From an uncultured Erysipelotrichaceae bacterium (lineage in GTDB: Bacteria; Bacillota_I; Bacilli_A; Erysipelotrichales; Coprobacillaceae): a stretch of 64,000 nucleotides of DNA. Made by a program: the position numbers and the translations under genes. Numbering within the stretch: the stretch's first letter is position 1; every line of letters begins with the position of its first letter. Shown piece after piece: positions 8,719-18,241 of this stretch. The stretch covers positions 127-64,126 of the forward strand of contig CAJUOS010000006.1 of assembly GCA_910588075.1 (NCBI GenBank), written 5' to 3'. The notes under the pieces are model-generated. The model did not search any database and was not told where the DNA came from. It saw nothing but the letters and a program-made list of their open reading frames with translations.

Positions 8719-10788
8719 ATGAAAAGATTATTGAGCGCATTGCTATTAATTGCATTAGTAACATCAACAATAACAGGAGTGAATGCAAAAGAAATTAAGA
8801 GTATAAATAGTGCCACAGCTACAAGTGATAAAATTTATACAACACCTAAAGAAGCGGGTGCTTATTTACGTCAATGTATGGTTAATCGCCAAGAAACTGT
8901 AATTATTAAATATAATGGAGATACTACTGATGTTTTAAAAAGAATATTTAAAGAAGCAATAAGACATACAGGAGTTCCTAAAGAAGGAGATTATTTGATT
9001 TGGAATCATATATCATGGGGAGCAACAGGTGAATATGTAAATGGAGTGCGTACTTATACTTTTAAGATAAAATATAGAACAACAAAAGCACAAGAAGCTG
9101 TTGTAGATTCAAAAGTTAAAAGTGTTTTAAGTTCAATGAATTTAAAAGGAAAAAGTGATTATGTAAAAGTAAGAACTATTTATCATTATATTTGTAATCA
9201 TGTTACTTTTGATGATACAGTAGATGCAACAAGTGATATTAAAAAATCAACATATGGGGCTTTAATTAATCAAAAAGCTGTATGTCAAGGATTTGCATCG
9301 TTATTTTATAGATTGGCTTTAGAAGCTGGTGTTGATTGTCGTTTTATTAAAGGTGATGCTACAAAGGTTGCAACAACTTATGAGCATGGATGGAATATTG
9401 TTAAGTTAGGAGATAAATATTATAACTTAGATGTAACATGGGATTCATTTAATATTCCATATAGTTTTCAATATTATTTAAAAGGAAGTAATAATTTTAA
9501 AGATCATGTTGTTAGAGTCAATTCATCATATTTAGAACATTTACCAGCTGAATATAAATCTTATAATATCAGTACAACTGATTATAAATATACTGATAGT
9601 GATTTAATTATTAATGGAAATTGTGGAAGTAATATTAAATGGTCATTTAATAATGGAACAAAAACATTGAGATTAAGTGGTAAAGGTAGTATGCCAAACT
9701 TTATTACAACACAATCAAATTTAAAATTAGCACCATGGAAAAATTTAAAGGCTGAAAAATTAATTATTGATAGTGGAATAACAAATATTGGAGATAATGC
9801 TTTTTTTGGATTTAAAAATTTAAAGAGTATATCAATACCATCAACTGTAAAAACTATTGGAAAACAAGCATTTTATAATTGTGATAACTTAAAAACAGTA
9901 ACAATTCCTTCAAGTGTAACAACAATAGGAAATATTGCTTTTGGATATAAATATCAAAGTAGTACAAGTAATCAAAAAATAGTAGGATTTACAATTAATG
10001 GATATGCAGATACAGCAGCAGATAGTTATGCAAGAAAATACAGTTTTAAAATGGTTAAAAAGTATAACATGGCTAAAGCTATTGTAACAGTTAATAGTGC
10101 AACTTATACAGGAAGTGCATTAAAACCAACTGTTAAAGTAAAATATGGTAATACAACATTAGTAAAAGATGTAAATTATACAGTTTCATATATGAATAAT
10201 GTTAAAGCTGGAAAAGGAACTGTCAAAATCACAGGAAAAGGAAACTATACAGGAAGTATTACAAAAACATTTACAATAGCTAAAAGAGGAGTATCAAAAC
10301 TCACATATTCAAAAATTAGTAATAAAGCCTATACAGGAAAACAAATTAAACCAAGTATAACAGTGAAATATAATGGAAGAACTTTAACTAAAGGAATAAG
10401 TTATACAGTAAGTTATGGAAAGAATAAGTCAACAGGAAAGGCTACAATCAAGATTACTGGAAAAGGGAACTATACAGGAAGTATCACAAAAACATTCTAT
10501 ATCGTACCAAAGAAAGTAACAATCAGTAGTGCAAAGAGTAGTGCAAAGAAGAAACTCACAGTTAAATATAAAAAAGTCACAGGAGCAAGTGGATATCAGA
10601 TAGCGTATCAAAAGAGTGGGAGTAAGAAGTGGACATACACAACAGTGTCAAGCAAGAGTGCATCAAAGACACTAACAAAACTTACAAGCAAAAAGAATTA
10701 TAAAGTCAAAGTAAGAGCTTATAAGACAGTAAGTGGAAAGAAATACTATGGAACATATAGTGCTACAAAGACTGTGAAAGTAAAATAA
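8719..10788 (+). CDS. Secreted multidomain protein: transglutaminase-like cysteine-protease core + BspA-type leucine-rich repeats + Ig-like/Fn3-like Lys-rich C-terminal module
   Basis: Signal peptide. Transglutaminase-core triad context AVCQGFASLFY...EHGWNIV...NLDVTWD. LRR_5-like repeats (ITNIGDNAFFGFKNLKSISIPSTVKTIGKQAFYNCDNLKTVTIPSSV). Repeated YTGK.(I/L)KP...V.Y Ig-like units. No LPXTG signal. Confidence 0.8.
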   Translation: MKRLLSALLLIALVTSTITGVNAKEIKSINSATATSDKIYTTPKEAGAYLRQCMVNRQETVIIKYNGDTTDVLKRIFKEAIRHTGVPKEGDYLIWNHISWGATGEYVNGVRTYTFKIKYRTTKAQEAVVDSKVKSVLSSMNLKGKSDYVKVRTIYHYICNHVTFDDTVDATSDIKKSTYGALINQKAVCQGFASLFYRLALEAGVDCRFIKGDATKVATTYEHGWNIVKLGDKYYNLDVTWDSFNIPYSFQYYLKGSNNFKDHVVRVNSSYLEHLPAEYKSYNISTTDYKYTDSDLIINGNCGSNIKWSFNNGTKTLRLSGKGSMPNFITTQSNLKLAPWKNLKAEKLIIDSGITNIGDNAFFGFKNLKSISIPSTVKTIGKQAFYNCDNLKTVTIPSSVTTIGNIAFGYKYQSSTSNQKIVGFTINGYADTAADSYARKYSFKMVKKYNMAKAIVTVNSATYTGSALKPTVKVKYGNTTLVKDVNYTVSYMNNVKAGKGTVKITGKGNYTGSITKTFTIAKRGVSKLTYSKISNKAYTGKQIKPSITVKYNGRTLTKGISYTVSYGKNKSTGKATIKITGKGNYTGSITKTFYIVPKKVTISSAKSSAKKKLTVKYKKVTGASGYQIAYQKSGSKKWTYTTVSSKSASKTLTKLTSKKNYKVKVRAYKTVSGKKYYGTYSATKTVKVK
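10291..10788 (+). repeat. Copy A of a dispersed 498-bp coding module (copy B at 60282-60779)
   Basis: Ungapped alignment by eye of both 498-nt stretches up to their stop codons. About 90% nt identity, with 18 differences in 165 aa. The upstream parts of the two genes are unrelated. Confidence 0.9.
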
Positions 10789-10805
10789 AATGAAAAAAAT
10801 GATAA

Positions 10806-10835
10806 GAACAGATTCGATTTGAGTCTGTTTTTATT
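10806..10835 (+). terminator. Rho-independent terminator
   Basis: Stem AACAGATTC/GAGTCTGTT (one mismatch) followed by TTTTTATTTT. Confidence 0.65.
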
Positions 10836-10871
10836 TTATATAAAGGAAAAATATCGTATTTATTAAAATAA

Positions 10872-10905
10872 TTATTCTAACACCTAAAAAAAGGTGTTAG
10901 AATAA
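10872..10905. promoter_or_regulatory. Perfect 13-bp inverted repeat (TTATTCTAACACC-N8-GGTGTTAGAATAA) upstream of the hypothetical/WYL gene pair
   Basis: Read directly. There is no U-tract on the plus strand. It could be an operator or a minus-sense/bidirectional hairpin. Confidence 0.4.
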
Positions 10906-10965
10906 AAGAGTAGAAAACATTGATTTTGTATATTGTTTATAATGAATATACAAGGAGATGATTTT

Positions 10966-11562
10966 ATGAGAAAAGATTATAATACTGTTGTAGATATTTC
11001 ATTGGTGGAGGAAAAACATTATTTATTGAATTTATGTTTAACAAAGAGAATTCAATATTCTTTGTATCAATGTTTTTCAATAAAGCAAATTAATAAGATT
11101 ATTAATCAATCTCAAATAAATAATACACTTTATAAACAAGCATTAATTATGCTATATCAATCTAAAGATTTTGAAGCTTTAGAAAAACAACTTATTTTCA
11201 TGAATAAATATTTTGATAATCAAGATTATAAAGATTTAAAGAAAGATTTATTTCAAAAAATTAGTCAAAAAAATATAACAATACAAGAATATTGTGTTTT
11301 AAGGCATTTAATATCTTTTGAAAAAATTTCTTTTGAGTACTTTATAGAAAAATTACATTTCAATTATGGTGTAAGTCATTTAGAATGTGCCAAGATATGT
11401 TTAATTGAAAATCATTCACATCTTGCATATAAATATTTAAAACAATTAAATCATTGTCAAGATCAAAATATTTTACAATTATTAGATATAAAAGATTATT
11501 TATTATTAAAAAATGATTATCAAGAAAAGAAAAATAAATATATTTTATTATCAGCACATTAA
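10966..11562 (+). CDS. Hypothetical helical protein, no recognisable family
   Basis: ATG behind AAGGAG. No TM segment or signal peptide. Ends 10 nt before the WYL gene. Confidence 0.55.
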   Translation: MRKDYNTVVDISLVEEKHYLLNLCLTKRIQYSLYQCFSIKQINKIINQSQINNTLYKQALIMLYQSKDFEALEKQLIFMNKYFDNQDYKDLKKDLFQKISQKNITIQEYCVLRHLISFEKISFEYFIEKLHFNYGVSHLECAKICLIENHSHLAYKYLKQLNHCQDQNILQLLDIKDYLLLKNDYQEKKNKYILLSAH

Positions 11563-11572
11563 GGAGGATATT

Positions 11573-12556
11573 ATGGGAGAAAAAATGTATTATATTTTAA
11601 AAATAATTCAAGAAAATGAAAATTCTGCAATAAGTGCAAAAGAGATTTTAAAAAGATTAGAAAATTATAATATATATATTGATATAAAAACTGTATATTC
11701 ATGTATTAAACAGATAAATAAGTTCTTTTATTTTTGGATAGAAAAAGAAATGATTATATCTATACATAGTGTTGGTTATAAAATAGAAAATGAATTTTTT
11801 TTAGATGGAGAATTACAATTTTTAATAGATAATATTTCATTTCATGAAGATTTAAAATATGAAGATAAAGTTAAATTAAAACATAAACTTTCTCATTTAT
11901 CTTCTTATCAACAAAGAGCACGTTTAGTTCAATATCAACCTCAGGATAAACAACAAACATTTTCTTTTATTTTAAATATATCCACAATCATAAAAGCAAT
12001 TGAAAGAAAAGCTGTCATTTCTTTTCAATATATTAATTATGAAGTAGTACATAATCATTTAATAGAGGTTCCATCTCAAAATGGTAATGATGGAAAACAA
12101 TATATTATTTCTCCATATCAAATTGTTCCACATAATAATCATTATTATTTAATTGGCTATAATCAAAAATATAAAAATGAATTATCTATATATCGTATTG
12201 ATCGAATGAGACAAATTATGACAATTCAAGAGTCATTTATAGAGATGAGAGAACAATTTGATATGAGTAAAGAAATTGATAAAATGATAAATATGTATAG
12301 TACACAAGTTAAAGATACATTACAAATAGAGTGTCATCAAAAAATTTTAAGAGAAATAGTTTCTCATTTTGGTATGGATATGGAAGTGAAGAAACTTCAT
12401 CAAAACAAATATTTACTAACAATCTCAGATGTTTCTATATCAGAAGGTTTAATAGGATGGATTTTTATGTTACAAGATCAAATAAAAGTTATATCCCCAA
12501 TTTCATTAAGAGAGAAGATTCAAAGAAAAATAGAGAATATGGCAAGTCTTTATTAA
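11573..12556 (+). CDS. HTH + WYL-domain transcriptional regulator
   Basis: N-terminal winged-HTH-like ISAKEILKRLENYNIYIDIKTVYSCIKQI. WYL core QYIISPYQIVPHNNHYYLIGYNQKYKNELSIYRIDRM. C-terminal extension domain. AGGAGG RBS. Confidence 0.8.
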   Translation: MGEKMYYILKIIQENENSAISAKEILKRLENYNIYIDIKTVYSCIKQINKFFYFWIEKEMIISIHSVGYKIENEFFLDGELQFLIDNISFHEDLKYEDKVKLKHKLSHLSSYQQRARLVQYQPQDKQQTFSFILNISTIIKAIERKAVISFQYINYEVVHNHLIEVPSQNGNDGKQYIISPYQIVPHNNHYYLIGYNQKYKNELSIYRIDRMRQIMTIQESFIEMREQFDMSKEIDKMINMYSTQVKDTLQIECHQKILREIVSHFGMDMEVKKLHQNKYLLTISDVSISEGLIGWIFMLQDQIKVISPISLREKIQRKIENMASLY

Positions 12557-12560
12557 GTTG

Positions 12561-12569
12561 TGTTATAAT
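12561..12569 (+). promoter_or_regulatory. Possible extended -10 element (TGTTATAAT) for the response-regulator/kinase genes
   Basis: Lies in the 30-nt gap between the WYL gene and the regulator gene. No good -35 element. Confidence 0.35.
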
Positions 12570-12586
12570 ACTATGGGGTGATATCT

Positions 12587-13273
12587 ATGCAGAAAATTAT
12601 GATTGTAGAAGATGATGAAGTTATTTCATCAATATTAAAAAAGCATCTGAGTAAATGGAACTATGAAATTTATGTTGCTGAAAATTTTGAAAATATTTTA
12701 GATGATTTTATCCAACAACAACCTATACTTGTATTGTTAGATATATCATTACCTTTTTATAATGGATATCATTGGTGTCAAGAAATTAGAAAAATTTCAG
12801 AAGTCCCAGTTATTTTTATATCTTCTATGAATGAAAATATGAATATTGTTATGGCAATGAATATGGGAGCAGATGATTTTATATCTAAACCATTTGACTT
12901 AAATGTTATTACTGCAAAAATTCAAGCATTATTAAGAAGAACATATTCATTTACAAAACAGTATCAACTTCTTACATATAAAGATTTGACTCTTAATTTA
13001 TTAAATGCAACTATATCATATCAAGATATAGTGATAGATTTAACAAAAAATGAATTAAAAATTTTACAATTATTATTTGAAAAAGCAGAAACTTTTGTTT
13101 CAAGGGAAGAAATGATGATGGAACTCTGGCAAACAGAACAATTTGTAGATGATAATACTTTAAGTGTTAATGTCAATAGATTAAGAAAAAAATTAGAAAT
13201 TTTTACAATATCATCACTTATTCAAACAAAGAAAGGGATAGGGTATCAATTATATTATGAAGAATCTATATAA
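12587..13273 (+). CDS. OmpR-family response regulator, BceR-like
   Basis: Receiver domain (IMIVEDDE...LLDISLP...KP) plus winged-helix output (LTKNELKILQLL...VNRLRKKL). Confidence 0.85.
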   Translation: MQKIMIVEDDEVISSILKKHLSKWNYEIYVAENFENILDDFIQQQPILVLLDISLPFYNGYHWCQEIRKISEVPVIFISSMNENMNIVMAMNMGADDFISKPFDLNVITAKIQALLRRTYSFTKQYQLLTYKDLTLNLLNATISYQDIVIDLTKNELKILQLLFEKAETFVSREEMMMELWQTEQFVDDNTLSVNVNRLRKKLEIFTISSLIQTKKGIGYQLYYEESI

Positions 13274-14240
13274 TTATTTAAAATATAGACAATCACTTTA
13301 TATTTTATCAATTCTATTTATAGGTTTATTTAATCTTATTTTATATTTATATGATATATTGAGTGAAGCTATTCAATATGCAACATTATTATGTATAGTT
13401 ATACTGATGACTTACTTTATTATAGATTACTATCATTTTTATAAAAAGAGACAACAACTTCATTATATTCTTTCTCTTAAAGAACCATGTATATCAGACT
13501 TACCATTATCACATAATCAGATAGATCAACTTTATCATGATTTATTATATAAAATAGATGCAATTCATCATCAATTAGAAAGTAAAAATGAACAAAATTA
13601 TCATCAAATGATTGATTATTTTACATTATGGGTACATCAAATTAAAACACCAATTTCAGCATTACACTTATTGATTCAATCAAAAGATATTTCAAATAAT
13701 GATTTATTAATACAAGTTTTAAGAATAGAACAATATGTAGAAATGGTTCTTCATTATATAAAAATTGATCATATGTCAACAGATTTAAAGTTAAAACACT
13801 ATTCATTAGAAGATATTATTAATGGTGTTATTAAAAAACAAGCAACATTTTTTATTTATCAAAAAATTCAACTCAACTTAGAACCAATATCTTTAAAAAT
13901 TTTAACTGATGAGAAGTGGATTACATTTGTTATTGAACAAATTATATCTAATGCTTTGAAATACACAAAACAAGGAAGTATTCATATTTATGTGAAAAAT
14001 GAAACTTTGTACATTCAAGATACAGGAATAGGTATTCAAGCAGAGGATTTACCAAGAATATTTGAAAGAGGTTTTACAGGATGTAATGGAAGATTAGATA
14101 AAAAGGCTAGTGGTTTAGGCTTATATTTATGTCATGAAATTATTTCTAATTTAGGTTATAGGATTCATATAGAATCACAACTAGGGAAAGGAACATGTGT
14201 ATCTATTAATTTTCATATTGATGAATTACAAGTTGAATAA
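13257..14240 (+). CDS. Intramembrane-sensing histidine kinase, BceS-like
   Basis: Two N-terminal TM segments with almost no extracellular loop. H-box WVHQIKTPIS. N and G boxes (NALKYT, DTGIGI, GLGLYL). Overlaps the regulator gene by 17 nt. Confidence 0.85.
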   Translation: MKNLYNYLKYRQSLYILSILFIGLFNLILYLYDILSEAIQYATLLCIVILMTYFIIDYYHFYKKRQQLHYILSLKEPCISDLPLSHNQIDQLYHDLLYKIDAIHHQLESKNEQNYHQMIDYFTLWVHQIKTPISALHLLIQSKDISNNDLLIQVLRIEQYVEMVLHYIKIDHMSTDLKLKHYSLEDIINGVIKKQATFFIYQKIQLNLEPISLKILTDEKWITFVIEQIISNALKYTKQGSIHIYVKNETLYIQDTGIGIQAEDLPRIFERGFTGCNGRLDKKASGLGLYLCHEIISNLGYRIHIESQLGKGTCVSINFHIDELQVE

Positions 14241-14241
14241 A

Positions 14242-14257
14242 CTTACATCAATGTAAG
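14242..14257 (+). promoter_or_regulatory. BceR-type response-regulator binding site
   Basis: Perfect inverted repeat CTTACA-TCAA-TGTAAG matches the published BceR-like box TNACA-N4-TGTAA. A further TGTAAG half-site lies at about 14273. It sits about 85 nt upstream of the ABC ATPase start. Confidence 0.7.
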
Positions 14258-14341
14258 AAATGTATGTGAAATTGTAAGATAAATCAATGGTAACAATAAC
14301 TCTTTTTGCGTAAACTAGAGATATACAAAGGAGGAAAGGTT

Positions 14342-15100
14342 ATGGCATTATTAGAAGTTAAAAATTTAAAAAAGATATATTCAACACGTTTTTCAAATCA
14401 ACAGGTTCAAGCATTATCAAATGTTTCCTTTACTGTCGAAGAAGGGGAATATGTAGCTATAATGGGTGAATCAGGAAGTGGAAAAACAACTTTACTTAAT
14501 ATTCTAGCATCATTAGATAAACCTACAAGTGGTGAGGTTCTTTTAAATGGAAGAGATATTACACATATTAAAGAAAGAGAAATTGCAGAGTTTAGAAGAA
14601 AAAATTTAGGTTTTGTTTTTCAAGATTTTAATTTATTAGATACTTTTTCAATTAAAGATAATATTTTCTTACCACTTGTTTTATCAAAAGAAGTTTATCC
14701 TGTCATGAATCAAAAATTAAAAGTTCTTGCACCTAAATTAGGGATTCAAGATTTATTAGAAAAGTATCCTTATGAAATATCAGGTGGACAAAAACAAAGA
14801 GTTGCAGTAGCAAGAGCATTGATTACACATCCACAAATAGTTTTAGCAGATGAACCAACAGGAGCTTTAGATTCAAAATCAACAGATCAATTATTAGAAA
14901 TTTTTGATAGTATTAATGAAGAAGGACAAACCATTTTAATGGTTACACATAGTACAAAAGCAGCAAGTTATGCAAAAAGAGTTCTTTTTATTAGAGATGG
15001 AGAAGTTTTTCATCAAATTTATAAAGGAAATCAAACGAATCAACAAATGTATCAAAGTATTTCTGATACATTGACACTACTTGCAGCAGGAGGGAAGTAA
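14342..15100 (+). CDS. ABC transporter ATP-binding protein, BceA-like
   Basis: Walker A GESGSGKTT, signature SGGQKQR, Walker B LADEPT. AAAGGAGG RBS. Confidence 0.9.
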   Translation: MALLEVKNLKKIYSTRFSNQQVQALSNVSFTVEEGEYVAIMGESGSGKTTLLNILASLDKPTSGEVLLNGRDITHIKEREIAEFRRKNLGFVFQDFNLLDTFSIKDNIFLPLVLSKEVYPVMNQKLKVLAPKLGIQDLLEKYPYEISGGQKQRVAVARALITHPQIVLADEPTGALDSKSTDQLLEIFDSINEEGQTILMVTHSTKAASYAKRVLFIRDGEVFHQIYKGNQTNQQMYQSISDTLTLLAAGGK

Positions 15101-15101
15101 T

Positions 15102-17072
15102 ATGAAACTTTTCTTCTATCCAAGATTAGCATTAAGAAATATTAGAAAAAATGCTAAAATTTATATACCCTATTTATTAACAAGTACATTTACAGTTGCT
15201 ATGTTATATATTATTCATAGTTTATCAGTTAATGGTGGCTATGAGTCTTTAAAACTAGGAAAAAGAATATTACCAGTTATTATGCAATTAGGTACATGGG
15301 TTGTTATGATATTTGCAATTATTTTCTTATTTTATATCAATAGTTTTATAATTAAGCGTAGAAAAAAAGAGATTGCTTTGTATAATATTTTAGGTATGGA
15401 AAAGAAGCATATTATGTATATGATGTTTCATGAAACATTAATAACATCATTGTTTTCATTAATTGTTGGTATTTTATTTGGAATTATTTTTAGTAAGTTA
15501 TTATTTTTAGTATTAATACATTTAGCTCATATTTCTACACCATTTCAATTTGTTATTCCTATTGAAAGTGTGTTATTAACAGGTAGCATTTTTATTCCTA
15601 TATATTTTGTTTCTTATTTATTTAATGTTATTCAAATTCAATTATCAAATCCAATAGGATTATTAAGAAGTGGACAAACAGGTGAAAAAGAACCTAAAGT
15701 AAAATGGATATTAACATTAATAGGTTTAGGAACTTTAGGAAGTGGTTATTATATTGCACAAACAATTGAAAATCCAACAGAGGCAATGCTTTTATTCTTT
15801 GTTGCTGTTGTTTTAGTAATTATAGGAACATATTGTTTATTTACAGCAGGTTCAATAACTTTATTGAAAATTTTAAAGAAAAATAGAAAGTTTTATTATA
15901 AGACAAGACATTTTACTTCTGTTTCACAAATGATTTATCGCATGAAGCAAAATGCAGTAGGACTAGCAAGTATCTGTATCTTGTGTACATGTATACTTGT
16001 TATGTTATCATCAACAGTATGTTTGTATATAAGTGTACAAGATAGTTCAAATATGATGGTCAATGAACAATTAAGGTTGGTTTTAAGTTCTTCTGATGAC
16101 AATAATGTGAATAGTCAAGAAATAAATCAAATTTATGATAAATGTATAAAACAGTTTCAATTAAATGGTATAGAAGTACAAACAGTTATTAAAAAGAAAT
16201 GTTATCTAGCATCAGGAAACTATTCTCATCAAAAGTTTTCTGTGGGTGGATACAATCAGAAAGAACATACAAGTATAACAGCAATGAGTTTAGATGAATT
16301 TAATCAAGCATTTCATAAAAACTTAACATTAAAAGAAAATGAAATTTTAGCTGCATGTAATTTTGAAACATTAAAAGATTCTTTAACAATTAATGACAAA
16401 GTATTTAATATTAAAGCGATTATAGATGAACCTTATTTTCTAGGACAAAAGTATTCAGATATTGATAGGGATATGACAGTTGTTTTTAATAATGATAAAA
16501 TATTAAATGAGTCATTATTTAATACTGATTATTTTACAAAATCATGTATGTATATTTCAATTGATTTTAAGGATATTAAAGATAGTGTAAAAGCCTTAGA
16601 TATTGTTGAAAATCATATACCAGATGATGTTGATATGTACTCTCAATCACAATATGAATTACAAGAAGAATACTTAGAAGTTTTTGGTAGTTTGTTTTTT
16701 CTAGGTATATTTTTAGGAGTTATGTTTTTAATGGCAGCTATTCTTATTATGTATTATAAACAATTATCTGAAGGATATGAAGATCAAAAAAGATATGAAA
16801 TTATGCAAAATGTAGGAATGAGTCGTAGAGAGGTTAAACAATCTATTCGTTCACAGGTTCTTATTTTCTTCTTTTTACCACTTGTTGTTGCTACTATTCA
16901 TATGGCATTTGCATTTAAAATGATTGTTAAAATGTTTAGTTTCTTAGTGCTTTCAGATTTATCTTTATTTATTTGGTGTACAGTTATTTCTAGTATGATA
17001 CTAGCAATTATATATAGTATTGTTTACTATTTAACTGCTAAAGTTTATTATAGAATTGTAAGAGTTGAATAG
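15102..17072 (+). CDS. FtsX-domain ABC permease, BceB-like (10 TM with large extracellular domain)
   Basis: About 650 aa. Two FtsX-like 4-TM blocks flank a ~220-aa soluble loop. Immediately follows the ATPase gene. Confidence 0.85.
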   Translation: MKLFFYPRLALRNIRKNAKIYIPYLLTSTFTVAMLYIIHSLSVNGGYESLKLGKRILPVIMQLGTWVVMIFAIIFLFYINSFIIKRRKKEIALYNILGMEKKHIMYMMFHETLITSLFSLIVGILFGIIFSKLLFLVLIHLAHISTPFQFVIPIESVLLTGSIFIPIYFVSYLFNVIQIQLSNPIGLLRSGQTGEKEPKVKWILTLIGLGTLGSGYYIAQTIENPTEAMLLFFVAVVLVIIGTYCLFTAGSITLLKILKKNRKFYYKTRHFTSVSQMIYRMKQNAVGLASICILCTCILVMLSSTVCLYISVQDSSNMMVNEQLRLVLSSSDDNNVNSQEINQIYDKCIKQFQLNGIEVQTVIKKKCYLASGNYSHQKFSVGGYNQKEHTSITAMSLDEFNQAFHKNLTLKENEILAACNFETLKDSLTINDKVFNIKAIIDEPYFLGQKYSDIDRDMTVVFNNDKILNESLFNTDYFTKSCMYISIDFKDIKDSVKALDIVENHIPDDVDMYSQSQYELQEEYLEVFGSLFFLGIFLGVMFLMAAILIMYYKQLSEGYEDQKRYEIMQNVGMSRREVKQSIRSQVLIFFFLPLVVATIHMAFAFKMIVKMFSFLVLSDLSLFIWCTVISSMILAIIYSIVYYLTAKVYYRIVRVE

Positions 17073-17076
17073 TATG

Positions 17077-17108
17077 AACTTGGAGCTTTTTTCTCCAAGT
17101 TTTTTTGT
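17077..17108 (+). terminator. Rho-independent terminator of the Bce ABC genes
   Basis: 9-bp stem AACTTGGAG/CTCCAAGTT followed by TTTTTT. Confidence 0.8.
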
Positions 17109-17148
17109 TTATATATACTACAAAGAGTAAGATGAATATAATAGATAA

Positions 17149-17185
17149 TTAAAAAACCTTTGCAATTCAATTCAGCAAAGGTTTA
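17149..17185 (-). terminator. Rho-independent terminator of the hom-lysC-asd operon
   Basis: Stem AACCTTTGC/GCAAAGGTT. A U-run follows on the minus strand. Confidence 0.75.
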
Positions 17186-17192
17186 TCGTTTT

Positions 17193-18227
17193 TTAAAGTA
17201 ATCCCATTTCAATCATCTTTAAACCAATATCAACAGAGTTATAAGCAGCACCTTTCATAAGTTGATCTGCAACAATCCATAAGCTTAAAGCATAATCATT
17301 ATCTAAATCTTTTCTCACACGACCAACATGAACCAATTCATCACCAATAAATAAATTAGCCATTGGATAAATTTGATTTTCTATATCATCATATAATTCA
17401 ACACCATGAGAATTTGATAATAATTCAAAAACTTTATCCATATCAATTGGTTTTTTTGTTTCAATATAGACAGATTCACTATGCCCTCTTAAAACAGGAA
17501 CACGAACACATGTTGCATTCACTTTAATATCTTTATCAAAGATTTTCTTTGTTTCATTCACCATTTTCATTTCCTCTTTTGTAAAATGATTATCTAAATC
17601 AAATTTATCAACTTGAGGTATACAGTTAAAAGCAATAGGGAAATGCTTTTTATCAGAAGCACAAGGCAATGTTTTAGCCACAGGTTCTTTTCCATCTAAT
17701 ACTTCTTGGGACTGTCTATAAAGTTCTTCCATACCAGCAACTCCTGCTCCAGAAACTGCTTGATATGTAGAAACAATAATTCTTTCAATATCAAAATACT
17801 CATTTAAACGATTTAAAGCACTTACCATTTGAATTGTTGTACAATTAGGATTAGCAATAATACCTTTATGGTTTCTTAAAGCCTCACCATTCACTTCTGG
17901 TACAACTAAAGGAACTTCTGGATCCATTCTAAAATGGGAAGTATTATCAATATTAATACATCCAGCTTTTACTGCAAAAGGCATATATTTTTCTGAAATA
18001 CTTCCTCCAGCACTCCAAAAAGCAACGTCTACATTTTCAAAAGAATTTTCAGTTAATTCTTCAACGACAAATTCATGACCTTCAAATTCTACAACTTTTC
18101 CAGCACTTCTTGCAGAAGCTAATAATTTTAAACTTTCAAAAGGAAAGTTAAATTGGAAAATACATCTCAACATTTCACGTCCTACTGCACCAGTAGCACC
18201 AACAATAGCAACTTTATATTTCTTCAT
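17193..18227 (-). CDS. asd: Aspartate-semialdehyde dehydrogenase
   Basis: VAIVGATGAVG NAD(P)-binding start, active-site NPNCTT, 344 aa. Confidence 0.95.
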   Translation of the reverse strand: MKKYKVAIVGATGAVGREMLRCIFQFNFPFESLKLLASARSAGKVVEFEGHEFVVEELTENSFENVDVAFWSAGGSISEKYMPFAVKAGCINIDNTSHFRMDPEVPLVVPEVNGEALRNHKGIIANPNCTTIQMVSALNRLNEYFDIERIIVSTYQAVSGAGVAGMEELYRQSQEVLDGKEPVAKTLPCASDKKHFPIAFNCIPQVDKFDLDNHFTKEEMKMVNETKKIFDKDIKVNATCVRVPVLRGHSESVYIETKKPIDMDKVFELLSNSHGVELYDDIENQIYPMANLFIGDELVHVGRVRKDLDNDYALSLWIVADQLMKGAAYNSVDIGLKMIEMGLL

Positions 18228-18241
18228 TTTTATATCCTCCC

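Noticed and set aside
12331-12615. 94-aa ORF spanning the WYL gene end and the response-regulator gene start
   Set aside because: It is an alternative frame overlapping two well-supported genes, with no RBS and a low-complexity product.
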